Below, in pieces: positions 21,128 to 31,860 of a DNA stretch of 64,000 nucleotides. The position numbers and the translations under genes were made by a program. The notes beneath the pieces were generated by a model, which worked only from the letters and a program-made list of their open reading frames with translations, searched no databases and was not told where the DNA came from. Numbering within the stretch: position 1 is the first letter of the stretch; each line of letters starts with the position of its first letter. The stretch comes from an uncultured Alphaproteobacteria bacterium (GTDB lineage Bacteria; Pseudomonadota; Alphaproteobacteria; Sphingomonadales; Sphingomonadaceae): contig CAVYAH010000035.1 in assembly GCA_963766415.1 (NCBI GenBank), forward strand, positions 8,773-72,772, read 5' to 3'.

Positions 21128-21202
21128 GGCGGCTCCTGTGGCGCGGAGCAGCCGCAGCCGCAAGTTGCGCCGCCGTTCCGGTTTGCTACCAAGCCCCACG
21201 CG

Positions 21203-21802
21203 ATGACCCGCGAGATGATCTTCGCTTTGGTGCTCGGCTACCTCCTCGGATCGATTCCCTTTGGCCTGTTGGTCACTCGGATCGCCGGCAAGGGCGACGT
21301 GCGCGAGATCGGCTCCGGCAATATCGGTGCGACCAACGTTCTGAGGACCGGCAGCAAGGCGCTCGCCGCGCTGACGCTGGTCCTCGACTGCCTGAAGGCG
21401 ACGGCCGCCATCCTAATCTCACAATTGCTCTTCGGTCCCGTGACGGGCGCCTTCGCTGCCTCCGGCGCGCTGATTGGGCACCTCTATCCGGTCTGGCTCA
21501 GCTTTCATGGCGGCAAGGGTGTGGCGACCCTGCTTGGAATCCTCATCGCGCTGCTGTGGCCCGCCGCGCTCGTTTACGCCGCCGTCTGGATCTTCCTGCT
21601 GCTGACGCTCAGGATCTCGTCGCTGGCAGGAATGACCGCCGCCGTCACTGCGCCCATCGTCGCCTACGGGCTAAACTCGTCCTACGCCCCGTTGCTGCTC
21701 GGTTTCGCTTTGCTCGTCCTTTGGAAGCACCGCGAGAATATCCGTCGGCTGAGAAAGGGAACCGAGCCAAGATTGGGATCGAAGACCTCGTCGGCAGACT
21801 GA
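21203..21802 (+). CDS. plsY: Glycerol-3-phosphate acyltransferase PlsY
   Basis: GYLLGSIPFG, GSGNIGATNVLR, GGKGVAT and KHRENIRRL. Confidence 0.95.
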   Translation: MTREMIFALVLGYLLGSIPFGLLVTRIAGKGDVREIGSGNIGATNVLRTGSKALAALTLVLDCLKATAAILISQLLFGPVTGAFAASGALIGHLYPVWLSFHGGKGVATLLGILIALLWPAALVYAAVWIFLLLTLRISSLAGMTAAVTAPIVAYGLNSSYAPLLLGFALLVLWKHRENIRRLRKGTEPRLGSKTSSAD

Positions 21803-21827
21803 GGGGCAACCGGCACCTAGAAGCAGC

Positions 21828-22784
21828 TTATGGGGTGTGGCGGGCTTCGCGGATCCAGCGGCTGGCGACATATTTCGTGCCGTTTCTCACCGGAAGTCCG
21901 GCATGCTCCGAGAGTGGGTCGAATTGATTGTCGGGCCCGACACTTCGAAAGACCAGCGCGTCGCCCTTGCGGCCTCGCACCTTGAGAGAGGTCTTCACGA
22001 ACTCGGTCTCGCCGCCTTCATACTCATCGTTGAGGTAGATGAGCGCAGTCACGATCCGACGGTTCTCGCCTTCGAGCCAGTCGACGTGCGGACGATATTC
22101 CTGGCCGGGTCGGTAGCGAAGGATCTGCAGCGGCTCGCCCTGTTCGATCAAAGTTCCTGAAAGAACGGCAAGACGGCGATTGATCGCATGGCTCGCCGGA
22201 TCTTCGATGAGCCAGTGGATCGTCGAACCATCCGAGGTGCGGACCGGGTCCGGAATGCTCTCCCCGTCGAGGCTCACCACCGAGCGCTTGTACGTCGGTT
22301 CCGCCAACAGGATGAGAAAGTCGCATTCCGCCGCCGTGAACGCGCCGCGGAACAGCCGGACGTCCGGCAGGTCGCTGATCCGCTCCGCCGGCGGCACTCG
22401 AACGGGATCGCCATTAGAATCGAGGTCCATCGCTCCGATGACGTCGAACATTCTTGAGCGAAGACCGTCGACGATGGCTTCATTTTCGAGCCGCGCCAGC
22501 GCTTCGGGCCACCTGCGCTCACCGGCGATGCCGCTCGAAAGGAGATTGGTCCAAGCCCGCACCGCCATCGGATGCCCAGCGCCGGACGCGGCCTTGAACA
22601 GCTCCCGGCCGCGCGCGAGGTCCTGCACGACACCGGCTCCACGCCAGTAGCAATCTCCGAGCGTGAACAAAGCGCCTGGATGTCCGGCCTCGGCGAGTTG
22701 CCGGAAAAGCTGCACCGCCTCGATGGCGCGTCCGGCCCTTGCGAAGTCCATTGCCTGGGCGAAGGACTGGTCGAGAATTTGCAC
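21828..22784 (-). CDS. SEL1/TPR-repeat plus 2OG-Fe(II) oxygenase (prolyl 4-hydroxylase-like)
   Basis: SEL1-like ALFTLGDCYWRGAGVVQDLARGRELFKAA; QILRY..GQEYRPHVD, YLNDEYEGGETEF and HAGLPV..GTKY. Confidence 0.82.
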   Translation of the reverse strand: MQILDQSFAQAMDFARAGRAIEAVQLFRQLAEAGHPGALFTLGDCYWRGAGVVQDLARGRELFKAASGAGHPMAVRAWTNLLSSGIAGERRWPEALARLENEAIVDGLRSRMFDVIGAMDLDSNGDPVRVPPAERISDLPDVRLFRGAFTAAECDFLILLAEPTYKRSVVSLDGESIPDPVRTSDGSTIHWLIEDPASHAINRRLAVLSGTLIEQGEPLQILRYRPGQEYRPHVDWLEGENRRIVTALIYLNDEYEGGETEFVKTSLKVRGRKGDALVFRSVGPDNQFDPLSEHAGLPVRNGTKYVASRWIREARHTP

Positions 22785-22890
22785 TCCCTGGCTATGGCAC
22801 TCGTCTTGAATCGACACCAGATGGAGGCGCTTGACGGCCAATCGCCGCTCGTCACCATCACGCGTACGTACGCAAGGAAATGGCTGATCA

Positions 22891-25362
22891 TTGAAACTGG
22901 TTGTCGTTGAATTGCCTGCAAAGGCGAAGACCATCGAGAAGTATCTGGGAAGCGGGCACCGCGTGCTTGCCTCCTTCGGACACGTGCGCGACTTGCCCCC
23001 CAAGGATGGTTCGGTCGATCCCGAGCAAGGCTTTGAGATGCAGTGGCAGGTCTCGCCGGACCGCTCGAAGCAGCTTCGCGCCATCACTGACGAGGCGAGG
23101 AACGCCGACGTCTTGATCCTTGCGACCGACCCCGACCGCGAAGGCGAAGCGATCAGCTGGCATGTGCAGGAGGTGCTCCGGCAGAAGAAGGCGCTCCCGG
23201 CGAGGGTCGAGCGCGTCACCTTCAACGCGATCACCAATGCCGCCGTGACGGAGGCGATGAAGAAGCCGCGGACGCTCGATGAGGATTTGATCGACGCCTA
23301 CAGGGCGCGACGAGCGCTCGATTACCTGGTCGGTTTCACGCTTTCGCCGATCCTGTGGCGCAAGCTTCCCGGAGCGAAGTCCGCGGGCCGCGTGCAATCT
23401 GTCGCGCTTCGGCTGATCGTCGACCGCGAGCGCGAGATCGAGGTCTTCAAGCCGCAGGAATATTGGGCGGTCAGCGCCACTTTCGAGAAGGACGGCCAGA
23501 GCTTTACCGCGCGGTTGGCGCAGTTCGACGACAGGAAGATCGAACGGCTGACGATCGGCAACCGCGGCGAGGCGGGCGCGGCGAAGGCGGCAGTCGAGGC
23601 GGGAAGGTTTACGGTCGCGTCGGTCGAGACCAAACCCTTCGCCAGGAACCCTCCGCCGCCGTTCACCACCTCGACGCTTCAGCAGGAGGCCGCGCGCAAG
23701 CTCGGCTTCTCGGCGAGCCATACGATGCGCGTGGCCCAGTCGCTCTACGAAGACGGGCTCATTACCTACATGCGGACCGACGGCATAGACATGGCGCCGG
23801 AGGCCTTAAGCGCAGCGCGGCGAGCGATCGCTTCGCGCTACGATGCCGGTTTCGTTCCCGACCGGCCGCGCCAGTACACCAGCAAGATCAAGAATGCGCA
23901 GGAGGCGCATGAAGCGATCCGGCCGACCGATTTCGATCGGCCGCGCGCCGCTTCGGGCGATCATGGCCGCTTGTACGAGCTGGTCTATAATCGGGCGCTG
24001 GCAAGCCAGATGGCCTCCGCGCGGCTGGAGCGCACGACGGTCGAGCTGGGTGACGGGGCGGGCAGGGTGGTGCTGCGTGCTACCGGCCAGGTCGTACTCT
24101 TCCCCGGCTACCTCGCGCTCTACGAGGAAGGCCGGGACGAGAAGGCCGACGACGAAGAGGGCGCTCGCATGCCGGCACTGCGCGAGGGCGATGCGCCGCT
24201 CAAGACCGGCGTCGAGGCGACGCAGCATTTCACGCAGCCGCCGCCGCGTTATTCCGAGGCAAGCCTGGTGAAGCGCCTCGAAGAACTCGGCATCGGGCGG
24301 CCCTCGACTTACGCTTCGATCCTCCAGACGCTGAAGGACCGCGAATATGTCCGCGTCGACAAGAGCCGCTTCGTTCCCGAAGAGAGCGGCCGCCTTGTGA
24401 CAGCGTTCCTGGAGCGCTTTTTCGAGCGCTACGTAAGCTACGATTACACAGCCGAGCTCGAGGAGGAACTGGACGACGTCTCTGGTGGCCGGCTCGACTG
24501 GCAGAAGCTTCTTGATGACTTCTGGCGCGACTTCAAGCCGAAGGCCGGCGAGGTCATGGACCAGAAGCCGAGCGAGATCACGCAGGCCATCGATGAGTTT
24601 CTCGAGCCCTGGCTTTACCCGCCGCGCGAGGACGGCAGCGATCCGCGGGTCTGTCCGCAGTGCGGCACCGGGCGGCTTTCCCTGCGGGGCGGCCGCTTCG
24701 GCGCATTCGTCGCCTGCTCGAATTATCCCGACTGCAAATATACGCAGAAGTTTGGCCAAGGCGGCGACCAGGCGCAAAGCGAAGGACCCCAGGAGCTTGG
24801 CAATGACATCATGCTCAAGACAGGCCGCTTCGGTCCTTACGTGGAGCGGGGCGACAAGCGCGCCTCGATTTCAAAGGATGTCCCGCTGGAGGACCTGACC
24901 GCCGAATTCGCCGAGAAGCTGCTGTTGCTGCCGCGTGAGATCGGTCCACATCCCGGGACCGGCAAGCCGATCACCGCATCGATCGGCCGCTATGGGCCCT
25001 ACCTCGCTCACGACGGCAAATATGCGAAGCTCGGCTCGACGGCAGAAGTGTTCGAAACCGGCATGAACGCAGCGGTCGCCAAGCTTGCCGACGCGGCCTC
25101 GGAGGCGGACGACAGCGCCTCGGCGTCGCGCGAGCCGGTGGCGGTGCTTGGCAAGCATCCGGTGAACGGCGGCGAAATCAGGGTGATGGCCGGCCGCTAC
25201 GGCCCCTACGTCACTGACGGAGCGACCAACGCGACCTTGCCAAAGGCTACGGACCCGAAGGCGATAACGCTGGACGAAGCGGTGCGCCTGATCGATGACC
25301 GGGCGGCAAACGCACCGGCGAGGAAGGGCGGCCGCAAGGCGAGCCGGAAGAAAGCCAAATGA
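22891..25362 (+). CDS. topA: DNA topoisomerase I
   Basis: [32 protein letters not shown] and GIGRPSTY, a zinc ribbon and C-terminal GRYGPY repeats. Confidence 0.97.
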   Translation: MKLVVVELPAKAKTIEKYLGSGHRVLASFGHVRDLPPKDGSVDPEQGFEMQWQVSPDRSKQLRAITDEARNADVLILATDPDREGEAISWHVQEVLRQKKALPARVERVTFNAITNAAVTEAMKKPRTLDEDLIDAYRARRALDYLVGFTLSPILWRKLPGAKSAGRVQSVALRLIVDREREIEVFKPQEYWAVSATFEKDGQSFTARLAQFDDRKIERLTIGNRGEAGAAKAAVEAGRFTVASVETKPFARNPPPPFTTSTLQQEAARKLGFSASHTMRVAQSLYEDGLITYMRTDGIDMAPEALSAARRAIASRYDAGFVPDRPRQYTSKIKNAQEAHEAIRPTDFDRPRAASGDHGRLYELVYNRALASQMASARLERTTVELGDGAGRVVLRATGQVVLFPGYLALYEEGRDEKADDEEGARMPALREGDAPLKTGVEATQHFTQPPPRYSEASLVKRLEELGIGRPSTYASILQTLKDREYVRVDKSRFVPEESGRLVTAFLERFFERYVSYDYTAELEEELDDVSGGRLDWQKLLDDFWRDFKPKAGEVMDQKPSEITQAIDEFLEPWLYPPREDGSDPRVCPQCGTGRLSLRGGRFGAFVACSNYPDCKYTQKFGQGGDQAQSEGPQELGNDIMLKTGRFGPYVERGDKRASISKDVPLEDLTAEFAEKLLLLPREIGPHPGTGKPITASIGRYGPYLAHDGKYAKLGSTAEVFETGMNAAVAKLADAASEADDSASASREPVAVLGKHPVNGGEIRVMAGRYGPYVTDGATNATLPKATDPKAITLDEAVRLIDDRAANAPARKGGRKASRKKAK

Positions 25363-25796
25363 TCGACATAGAGCTTCAGCGCCTGCCCCATGGCGAAGGC
25401 CTACCGGCACCAACCTATGCCACCGACGGAGCCGCAGGGCTGGACGTTGTCGCCGCTGAGGACCTCACCCTCGCGCCGGGGCAGCGCCATGCCGTGGCGA
25501 CCGGCTTCGCCATCGCCATACCCGAAGGTTATGAGGTGCAGGTGCGTCCGCGTTCCGGGCTCGCGCTGAGGCACGGCATCACCTGCCTCAATACGCCGGG
25601 CACGATCGATCACGACTACCGCGGCGAGGTTAGGGTGATCCTCGCCAATCTCGGCAATGAGCCGTTCGATATCCGGCGCGGCGAGCGCATCGCGCAGCTG
25701 GTACCCGCGCCCGTGACGAAGGCCGCATTTCGCGAAGTCGCGGAGCTCAGCGAGACCAGCCGCGGTGCAGGGGGCTTCGGCAGCACTGGTCGATGA
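25359..25796 (+). CDS. dut: dUTP diphosphatase
   Basis: [22 protein letters not shown] and [10 protein letters not shown]. Confidence 0.97.
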   Translation: MIDIELQRLPHGEGLPAPTYATDGAAGLDVVAAEDLTLAPGQRHAVATGFAIAIPEGYEVQVRPRSGLALRHGITCLNTPGTIDHDYRGEVRVILANLGNEPFDIRRGERIAQLVPAPVTKAAFREVAELSETSRGAGGFGSTGR

Positions 25797-25806
25797 TTGG
25801 CGGCCG

Positions 25807-26554
25807 GTGAGCCTCTCCGACGAAGAACTCGAGCGCTACGCGCGGCACATCGTCCTTCCGCAGGTCGGAGGCATCGGCCAGCGCAAGCTCAGCTCGGCAA
25901 GTGTCGCGGTTGTCGGTGCGGGGGGCATCGGATGCGCTATCATCCCGGCCCTTGCCGGGGCGGGAGTTGGCCGCCTCACAATCGTCGATTCCGACGTGGT
26001 GGAGGTCGCCAATCTTCACCGGCAGCCATTGTTCGGGGAGGCGGACGAGGGCCGGTCAAAGGCCAAGCTCGCGGCCGAATTCGTCAATAAGCTCAACCAT
26101 TTCGTCACGGTCGATCCAAAGGAGGTGCGGATCGGGCCCAAGAATGCGGCCGAGCTCCTCGCTTCAAGCGACCTCGTGATCGACGGCAGTGACAATTTCG
26201 CGACCCGGCTCGCGGTAAGCGACACCTGCGCCGCACTCTCCATTCCGCTCCTCTCGGCCGCTGCGGTGCAGTTCCAGGGGCAGGTCGGCCTATTTTAGGG
26301 GTCGGCCATGCTACCGCTGCTTCGTTGGCGACGCATTCGATCGCGACGATTGCGACAATTGCGCTGAGCTCGGCGTGCTTGGCGCGCTGACGGCGACGGT
26401 TGGCAGTTTCGCAGCGCTGCTCGCTATTAACTTCATCGTCGGCGTCGGTGCCGACCAGGCCGGCAAAGTGCATGTGTTTGACGCAGAGGCGCTGACTTTT
26501 CGAGCAATCCGCATTCCCGCGGATCCCGCCTGCCGTTCCTGCGGATCAGCCTAG
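25807..26554 (+). CDS. HesA/MoeB/ThiF family adenylyltransferase (one frameshift near 26295)
   Basis: RYARHIVL, GAGGIG, NLHRQ and DGSDNFATR; after the shift PCYRC...CAELGVLG...ADPACRSC and stop at 26552-26554. Confidence 0.9.
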
Positions 26555-26722
26555 AGCATGATCGCCTTAGCATGAAGCGTATCCGCTATTAGTGGCGGTG
26601 CGGATGCGATGTTCGAAAACACTTCCGACTGGCGCGTCGCGTTCGCTGAATTTCTAACGGGATGCTACGTTTTTGCCGACCCGCTCAAACCGCTCTTGGA
26701 AGCGATGGCGTTAGTCTAGAGC
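26551..26722. mobile_element. Putative 165-bp MITE-like insertion flanked by a 7-bp direct repeat CTAGAGC
   Basis: CTAGAGC at 26551-26557 and 26716-26722; removing the insert gives overlapping stops for both convergent genes. Confidence 0.4.
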
Positions 26723-27346
26723 TTCCGCCACGCGCGCTATCAGCTTGCGCGCGACCTCATCCTTGGTCGCCTCGGGCCAGTCCTCGACACCATTTTCGGT
26801 GACGAGATGAACGCGGTTGCGGTGACCACCCATCACGCCGCGCGAGACGTCATTTGCGACGATCCAGTCAGCCCGCTTGGCGATCTGCTTCGCAATCGCA
26901 TGCTCAACGACGCTCTCGGTTTCCGCAGCGAAGCCGATCAGCAGGGACGGGCGCTGGTCGCTCGCGCCAAGCTCGGCGAGGATGTCGCGCGTCGGCACGA
27001 ATTTCAGCTTTGGCGGTCCTTCACCCTTTTTGAGCTTCCTCGGCGAGGGCTCGACCCGCCAGTCCGCGACCGCTGCGACAAGAATTGCCGCATCGGCGGG
27101 TAATGCGGAAAAGGTGGCGTCCGCCATCTCTTCGGCCGTTTCGACGTCGAGGCGCTCGACGCGCTCGGGCGTTTGCAGGCTGACCGGACCCGCCACCAAG
27201 GTCACTCGCGCTCCTGCTCGCGCAGCCGCAGCCGCGATCGCGAACCCTTGCCTGCCCGACGAGCGGTTGGCGATCACCCGAACGGGATCGATCGGCTCAT
27301 GCGTCGGCCCCGCTGTAACGAGAATGTGCTTGCCCGCGAGCGTCAC
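26711..27346 (-). CDS. coaB: Phosphopantothenate-cysteine ligase (CoaB half)
   Basis: [36 protein letters not shown] and IVANDV; GTG overlaps the CoaC stop. Confidence 0.88.
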   Translation of the reverse strand: MTLAGKHILVTAGPTHEPIDPVRVIANRSSGRQGFAIAAAAARAGARVTLVAGPVSLQTPERVERLDVETAEEMADATFSALPADAAILVAAVADWRVEPSPRKLKKGEGPPKLKFVPTRDILAELGASDQRPSLLIGFAAETESVVEHAIAKQIAKRADWIVANDVSRGVMGGHRNRVHLVTENGVEDWPEATKDEVARKLIARVAEALD

Positions 27347-27888
27347 TTGCCGCCGAGGAACCCGTTCTGGCTGAGCCAGTCCATGATTGCCTGAGGCTCC
27401 GGCAGCCGTCCCGGACCATGTTCGCCGCACGCCATCTCGCCTTCGGCAGGTTCGATCACCTGCACGCCGTCCTCGACCAGCTGCTGGACGTTCCTGCGGG
27501 TCGCGGCGTGCAGCCACATGCGTACGTTCATTGCCGGGGCGACCACGACCGGCTTGTCAGTCGCCAGCAACAAGGTCGTCGCGAGATCGTCCGCGATCCC
27601 GGCCGCCATCTTTGCCAGGAGGTCGGCCGTCGCCGGGCACACGAGGGCGAAATCGGAAGCTCGGCTGAGCTCGATATGGCCAATCTCGATCTCGTCCTTC
27701 AGCTCCCAAAGCGACGTGTGGACCTCGGCCTCGGCAAGCGTGCCGAGACTCATCGCGGTCACGAAATGCTCGCCGCCTTTCGTCAGGACAGGGGTCAGCT
27801 CGTGTCCTGCTTTCCTTAGCAGCCGGACGAGCTCCAACGACTTGTAGGCCGCGATCCCTCCGCCGACGATGAGGAGAATGCGTGCCAT
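27343..27888 (-). CDS. coaC: Phosphopantothenoylcysteine decarboxylase (CoaC half)
   Basis: GGIAAYK, HIELSR, PATAD, APAMN and ACGEHGPGR. Confidence 0.88.
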   Translation of the reverse strand: MARILLIVGGGIAAYKSLELVRLLRKAGHELTPVLTKGGEHFVTAMSLGTLAEAEVHTSLWELKDEIEIGHIELSRASDFALVCPATADLLAKMAAGIADDLATTLLLATDKPVVVAPAMNVRMWLHAATRRNVQQLVEDGVQVIEPAEGEMACGEHGPGRLPEPQAIMDWLSQNGFLGGK

Positions 27889-28050
27889 GGATGTCGCTTT
27901 GCATCTGCTCACCTTCTGAGTCGAGAGAGGGTGACCAAAGACGCCGGCTTGGTGGCGGGTTAGTTCGCGATGGAAATGAACGGTTCAGAACGGGAAATAG
28001 CACTCGCCGAAGCGGGACGTTCGCTTGCTGGGATTTCTCCGGTCGCGGCC

Positions 28051-29583
28051 CTAGCGAAAAACCAGGAATAACCCTGCGGCCAATGCCGCGCCCATCATTC
28101 CCGCAAGCGCATAGCCCCACCAGGCGGGCTCCTTGATCACCGCGATTTCCGGCAGCGGAGGCGAGGGCGGGGCCGCGCCCCTTGGCGGGTAATATTCGTC
28201 GAGCCGCTCGATCAGCTTCGGGATTTTCTTGAAGGCGCGAACGAGCTCGATGATCCGGTCGGCGTAATAGGCCTCGGGACCGAGCTCGGAACGAATCCAT
28301 TCGCCGATGAAGGGTTCGGCCGTCTCCCACATGTTGATGTCGGGATCGAGCGCGGAAGCGACGCCCTCATTCATCACCATCGATTTCTGGAGCAGCAACA
28401 GATGCGGCTGCGTCGGCATGTCGAAATCGCGAGTGATCGAGAACAGGCTTTCGAGCATCCGCCCGACCGAAATGTCTTTTACAGGCAGGCCGCGGATCGG
28501 TTCGCCGGCAGCGCGAAGGGCTGTAGCGAACTCTTCGACGCTGTGGTGCGCAGGAACATATTGGGCCTCGAAGTGGATCTCGGCGACGCGCCGGTAATTG
28601 CCGGTGATGAGACCGTAGAGGATTTCGGCGAGCCAGATCCGGGCGCGGCGATCGATCCGCCCCATGATCCCGAAATCGATCGCGGCGATGCGCCCGTCGG
28701 GGAGGGCAAACAGGTTCCCATGGTGCAAATCGGCGTGGAAGAAGCCATCGACCACCGCCTGGCGGAGGAAGGCACGGACGAGCGTGCCCGCAAGTGCCTT
28801 GCAATCCTGCCCGGCCTCGATCAGCGCCTCGCGGTCGCTGAGCTTGATGCCGTCGAGCCATTCGAGGGTGAGCACGCGCCGGGCGGTCCGCCGCCAGTCG
28901 ATCTCCGGCACGTGATAGCCGGGCTCTGCGACCATATTCTCCCTGAGTTCGGATCCTGACGCAGCTTCGCGCTGCAGGTCGAGCTCGCGCGCCGTCCATT
29001 GGCGAAACTGCGCAACCACGCGGCGGGGGCGCAGGCGCTCGATCTCCCCGCCATAGCGTTCGACCTGGGCGGCTGCCCACTCGTACGTCTCGATCGCCTT
29101 GGCGAACTCGCCCTCGATCCCCGGGCGGAGGACCTTGACCGCGACCTCGCGGCCCTCCGTCGTGATCGCCCGATGGACCTGGGCGATCGAGGCTGCGCCG
29201 ACGGGCCTTTCGTCGAACTCTAAGAAGAGGCTTTCGAGCGGCGCGTTGAAGGAACGCTCGATCGTCTGCTTGATCAGCGCGAACGGCGCTGGCGGCAGAT
29301 CGTCCTGAAGCTGCGAGAGATTCTCGGCAGCTTCCTTGCCGACGAGGTCGGGACGGGTCGAAAGCGCCTGACCGAGCTTCACCGCTGGCGGGCCAATGGC
29401 GACGAGGGCGTCCGCATATTGTGGTTTTTCGGGTGTGCGCGTGCCGAAGCGGGCGATCCGCGCCAGCCGGCGCACGGCCGCAGGGGTTGCCGGGTCACGC
29501 TCGATACCGCGCAGGGCGCCGTGCCGGGCGAGTGTCCGGCCCCACTTCAGCAAACGCCACAGGTGGGTGACGCTGGTGGTCAA
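28051..29583 (-). CDS. ubiB: Ubiquinone biosynthesis kinase-like protein UbiB
   Basis: KLGQALSTRPD, AASIAQVH, VAVKVLRP, FFHADLH and IDFGIMG. Confidence 0.95.
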   Translation of the reverse strand: MTTSVTHLWRLLKWGRTLARHGALRGIERDPATPAAVRRLARIARFGTRTPEKPQYADALVAIGPPAVKLGQALSTRPDLVGKEAAENLSQLQDDLPPAPFALIKQTIERSFNAPLESLFLEFDERPVGAASIAQVHRAITTEGREVAVKVLRPGIEGEFAKAIETYEWAAAQVERYGGEIERLRPRRVVAQFRQWTARELDLQREAASGSELRENMVAEPGYHVPEIDWRRTARRVLTLEWLDGIKLSDREALIEAGQDCKALAGTLVRAFLRQAVVDGFFHADLHHGNLFALPDGRIAAIDFGIMGRIDRRARIWLAEILYGLITGNYRRVAEIHFEAQYVPAHHSVEEFATALRAAGEPIRGLPVKDISVGRMLESLFSITRDFDMPTQPHLLLLQKSMVMNEGVASALDPDINMWETAEPFIGEWIRSELGPEAYYADRIIELVRAFKKIPKLIERLDEYYPPRGAAPPSPPLPEIAVIKEPAWWGYALAGMMGAALAAGLFLVFR

Positions 29584-30311
29584 ATCTTCCAGCCGCTGTG
29601 AATGGTGACGAGGCCGCCCAGCATCGGTTCAGCCGCGGCGCGAACGAAGCCTGCGTCGGCAACCATCGCCTTGAAGGCGCTGGGCTGCGGAAAGCGCCGG
29701 ATGCTCTCGACGAGGTAGCGGTAGCTATCCTCATCATCTGCGATCGCCTTCCCGATGCGTGGGATCACGTTCGACGCCCATGCATCGTAAAGATTGGAGA
29801 AGCCCGGCCAGTCGCTCGACGAAAATTCCATGCAGTAAAAACGCCCGCCGCGCTTGAGGACCCGATGCGCCTCGCGAAGCGCCGCCGGAATGTCGGTTAC
29901 GTTCCTTATGCCAAAGACGATGGTGTAAGCATCGAAGCTCGCGTCGGCGAAGCTCAGCGTCTCGGCATTCTCCACCTTCCACGACAGGCCCTGGAGTTCG
30001 CGCTTCGCCGCCCGCTCTTTGCCGACCTTCAGCATGTCGGCGTTGATGTCGGCAACAATCACCTTTGCGCCGCGCTGGGCCATGCGAAAGGCGACGTCGC
30101 CGGTGCCGCCGGCCATGTCGAGTATGGCTTCCCCCGAACGCGGCTTCACCCGGCTGACGAAGCGGTCCTTCCACAGCCGATGCATGCCGCCGGACATCAG
30201 ATCGTTCATGATGTCGTAGCGGCGGGCGACCGAGCTGAAGACCGCGCCGACGCGCCGCGTCTTCTCTTCTGGGCTAACCAGCTCGTCGCCGAATTTTACT
30301 TTATCGCTCAT
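29580..30311 (-). CDS. ubiE: Ubiquinone/menaquinone C-methyltransferase UbiE
   Basis: [32 protein letters not shown] and [10 protein letters not shown]. Confidence 0.95.
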   Translation of the reverse strand: MSDKVKFGDELVSPEEKTRRVGAVFSSVARRYDIMNDLMSGGMHRLWKDRFVSRVKPRSGEAILDMAGGTGDVAFRMAQRGAKVIVADINADMLKVGKERAAKRELQGLSWKVENAETLSFADASFDAYTIVFGIRNVTDIPAALREAHRVLKRGGRFYCMEFSSSDWPGFSNLYDAWASNVIPRIGKAIADDEDSYRYLVESIRRFPQPSAFKAMVADAGFVRAAAEPMLGGLVTIHSGWKI

Positions 30312-30363
30312 GGGCTCCGCGCCTCTAGCGGCGTTGAACGCCCTTCGCCATATCGACACTGGC

Positions 30364-31170
30364 ATGCCCGAACTTCCCGAAGTCGAGACGACGGTCCGCG
30401 GCCTGTCGAGAGTCCTCAAGGGCCGACGCATCGAGCGTGTCGAAGCGCGGCGGCCGGACTTGAGGCGCGCGCTGCCGGAGGATCTTGGTCAGCGCCTTAC
30501 CGGTGCGCGAGTGACAGGACTTGGACGACGCGCCAAGTACGGCCTGATCGATACGGATCGCGGGGACACGCTGGTCTTTCACCTCGGCATGTCTGGCCAC
30601 TGGCGCGTCGACCCGAGCGAGATCGGCAAGCACGACCACTTCATCATTGAGACCGACGAGGGACGAAGGCTCGCCCTCAACGACGCACGGCGCTTCGGAT
30701 CGCTCGATCTCGTTCGAACAGCCGAGCTTCACGATTGGCCGCCTCTGAAGGCACTCGGGCCGGAGCCAATCGACATTGAGGCTGGCGAGCTGAAGCGGCG
30801 TCTTGCGGGCAGGACAGCCCCGATCAAGCTGCTACTTCTCGACCAAGGCATCATCGCCGGGCTCGGCAATATCTATGTCTGCGAGGCATTGTACCGTGCC
30901 GGTATCCACCCACGGCGCGCCGGAGGCAGTATTTCGCTCGAACGATTGCGGCGGCTCGTTCCAGCAATCCACGACGTGCTTGCCGAGGCGATCGCCGCCG
31001 GCGGATCGACGTTGCGCGACTTCGCCTCACCGGACGGCGAGCTCGGCTATTTTCCAAAGAGCTTCGCCGTCTACGACCGCGAGGGCCGACCCTGCGCGTG
31101 CGGGGGAACGGTGAAGCGCATCGTCCAGGGAGGGCGCTCGACCTTCTTTTGCCCGAAGTGTCAGCGTTGA
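30364..31170 (+). CDS. mutM: Formamidopyrimidine-DNA glycosylase
   Basis: [20 protein letters not shown] and C-terminal zinc finger CPKCQR. Confidence 0.97.
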   Translation: MPELPEVETTVRGLSRVLKGRRIERVEARRPDLRRALPEDLGQRLTGARVTGLGRRAKYGLIDTDRGDTLVFHLGMSGHWRVDPSEIGKHDHFIIETDEGRRLALNDARRFGSLDLVRTAELHDWPPLKALGPEPIDIEAGELKRRLAGRTAPIKLLLLDQGIIAGLGNIYVCEALYRAGIHPRRAGGSISLERLRRLVPAIHDVLAEAIAAGGSTLRDFASPDGELGYFPKSFAVYDREGRPCACGGTVKRIVQGGRSTFFCPKCQR

Positions 31171-31256
31171 CCTGAAGGCCCGTTGAGGGTAGGGGAGCCG
31201 CCACTTCGGTGCGAGCCTGTGGGCCGCGCCGTTTTTCATTGAGCTAGAGGAACGAA

Positions 31257-31520
31257 ATGGCGAACACGCCGCAGGCCAAGAAGCGCATCCGCCGCAATGC
31301 GAACCGCTCCGAGATCAACCACTCGCAAATCAGCCGGATCCGGACCTTTATCAAGCAGGTCGAGTCGGCAATCGCGTCGGGCAAGAAGGCTGACGCAGCG
31401 GAAGCGTTGAAGAATGTGCAGCCGGAAATGGCGCGCGGCGTCGCTCGCGGCGTTATCCACAAGAACACCGCCTCCCGGAAGATTTCCAGGCTGTCAAAGC
31501 GGGTTGCGTCGCTCGGTTGA
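31257..31520 (+). CDS. rpsT: 30S ribosomal protein S20
   Basis: [12 protein letters not shown]...[13 protein letters not shown]; 87 aa with GAGG RBS. Confidence 0.97.
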   Translation: MANTPQAKKRIRRNANRSEINHSQISRIRTFIKQVESAIASGKKADAAEALKNVQPEMARGVARGVIHKNTASRKISRLSKRVASLG

Positions 31521-31543
31521 AAACAGCTTTCTGAAACTGGGTT

Positions 31544-31571
31544 AAAGGCCGCCGGGAAACCGGCGGCCTTT
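31544..31571 (+). terminator. Rho-independent terminator of rpsT
   Basis: AAAGGCCGCCGG-GAAA-CCGGCGGCCTTT hairpin. Confidence 0.85.
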
Positions 31572-31860
31572 GTGTTTCAGAACGGTAAAAAAAATGCAGC
31601 AATTCCCGCAATTCGCGGGATTCGTTAACGCTATGCTAATCCTAAAAATGGCTGTTTTCAGCCATTTCATCACAGTTTCGGCCTGTTTCCTATGTCAAGG
31701 CCTTTTATTGCACTTCGATGAAAAAACGGCACTTGCAAGCTGTCCGAGAGAGTTCTCACAAAGGTCTTTCCGGGCGCGAATCCGCGCCGGGGGCAAGAGA
31801 GAAAAGAAGCTTAGCGCGCGCGAACTCGTGTCACGCGCAATGGAATTCTTTTGCCGGTGA
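31572..31860 (+). promoter_or_regulatory. AT-rich dnaA promoter and leader region
   Basis: AT-rich intergenic segment; GANTC at 31619-31623 and 31778-31782; TTAA-N7-CTAA at 31625-31639. Confidence 0.6.

Noticed and set aside
31572-31860. oriC next to dnaA
   Set aside because: The region is AT-rich but has no cluster of DnaA boxes; alphaproteobacterial origins are often away from dnaA.
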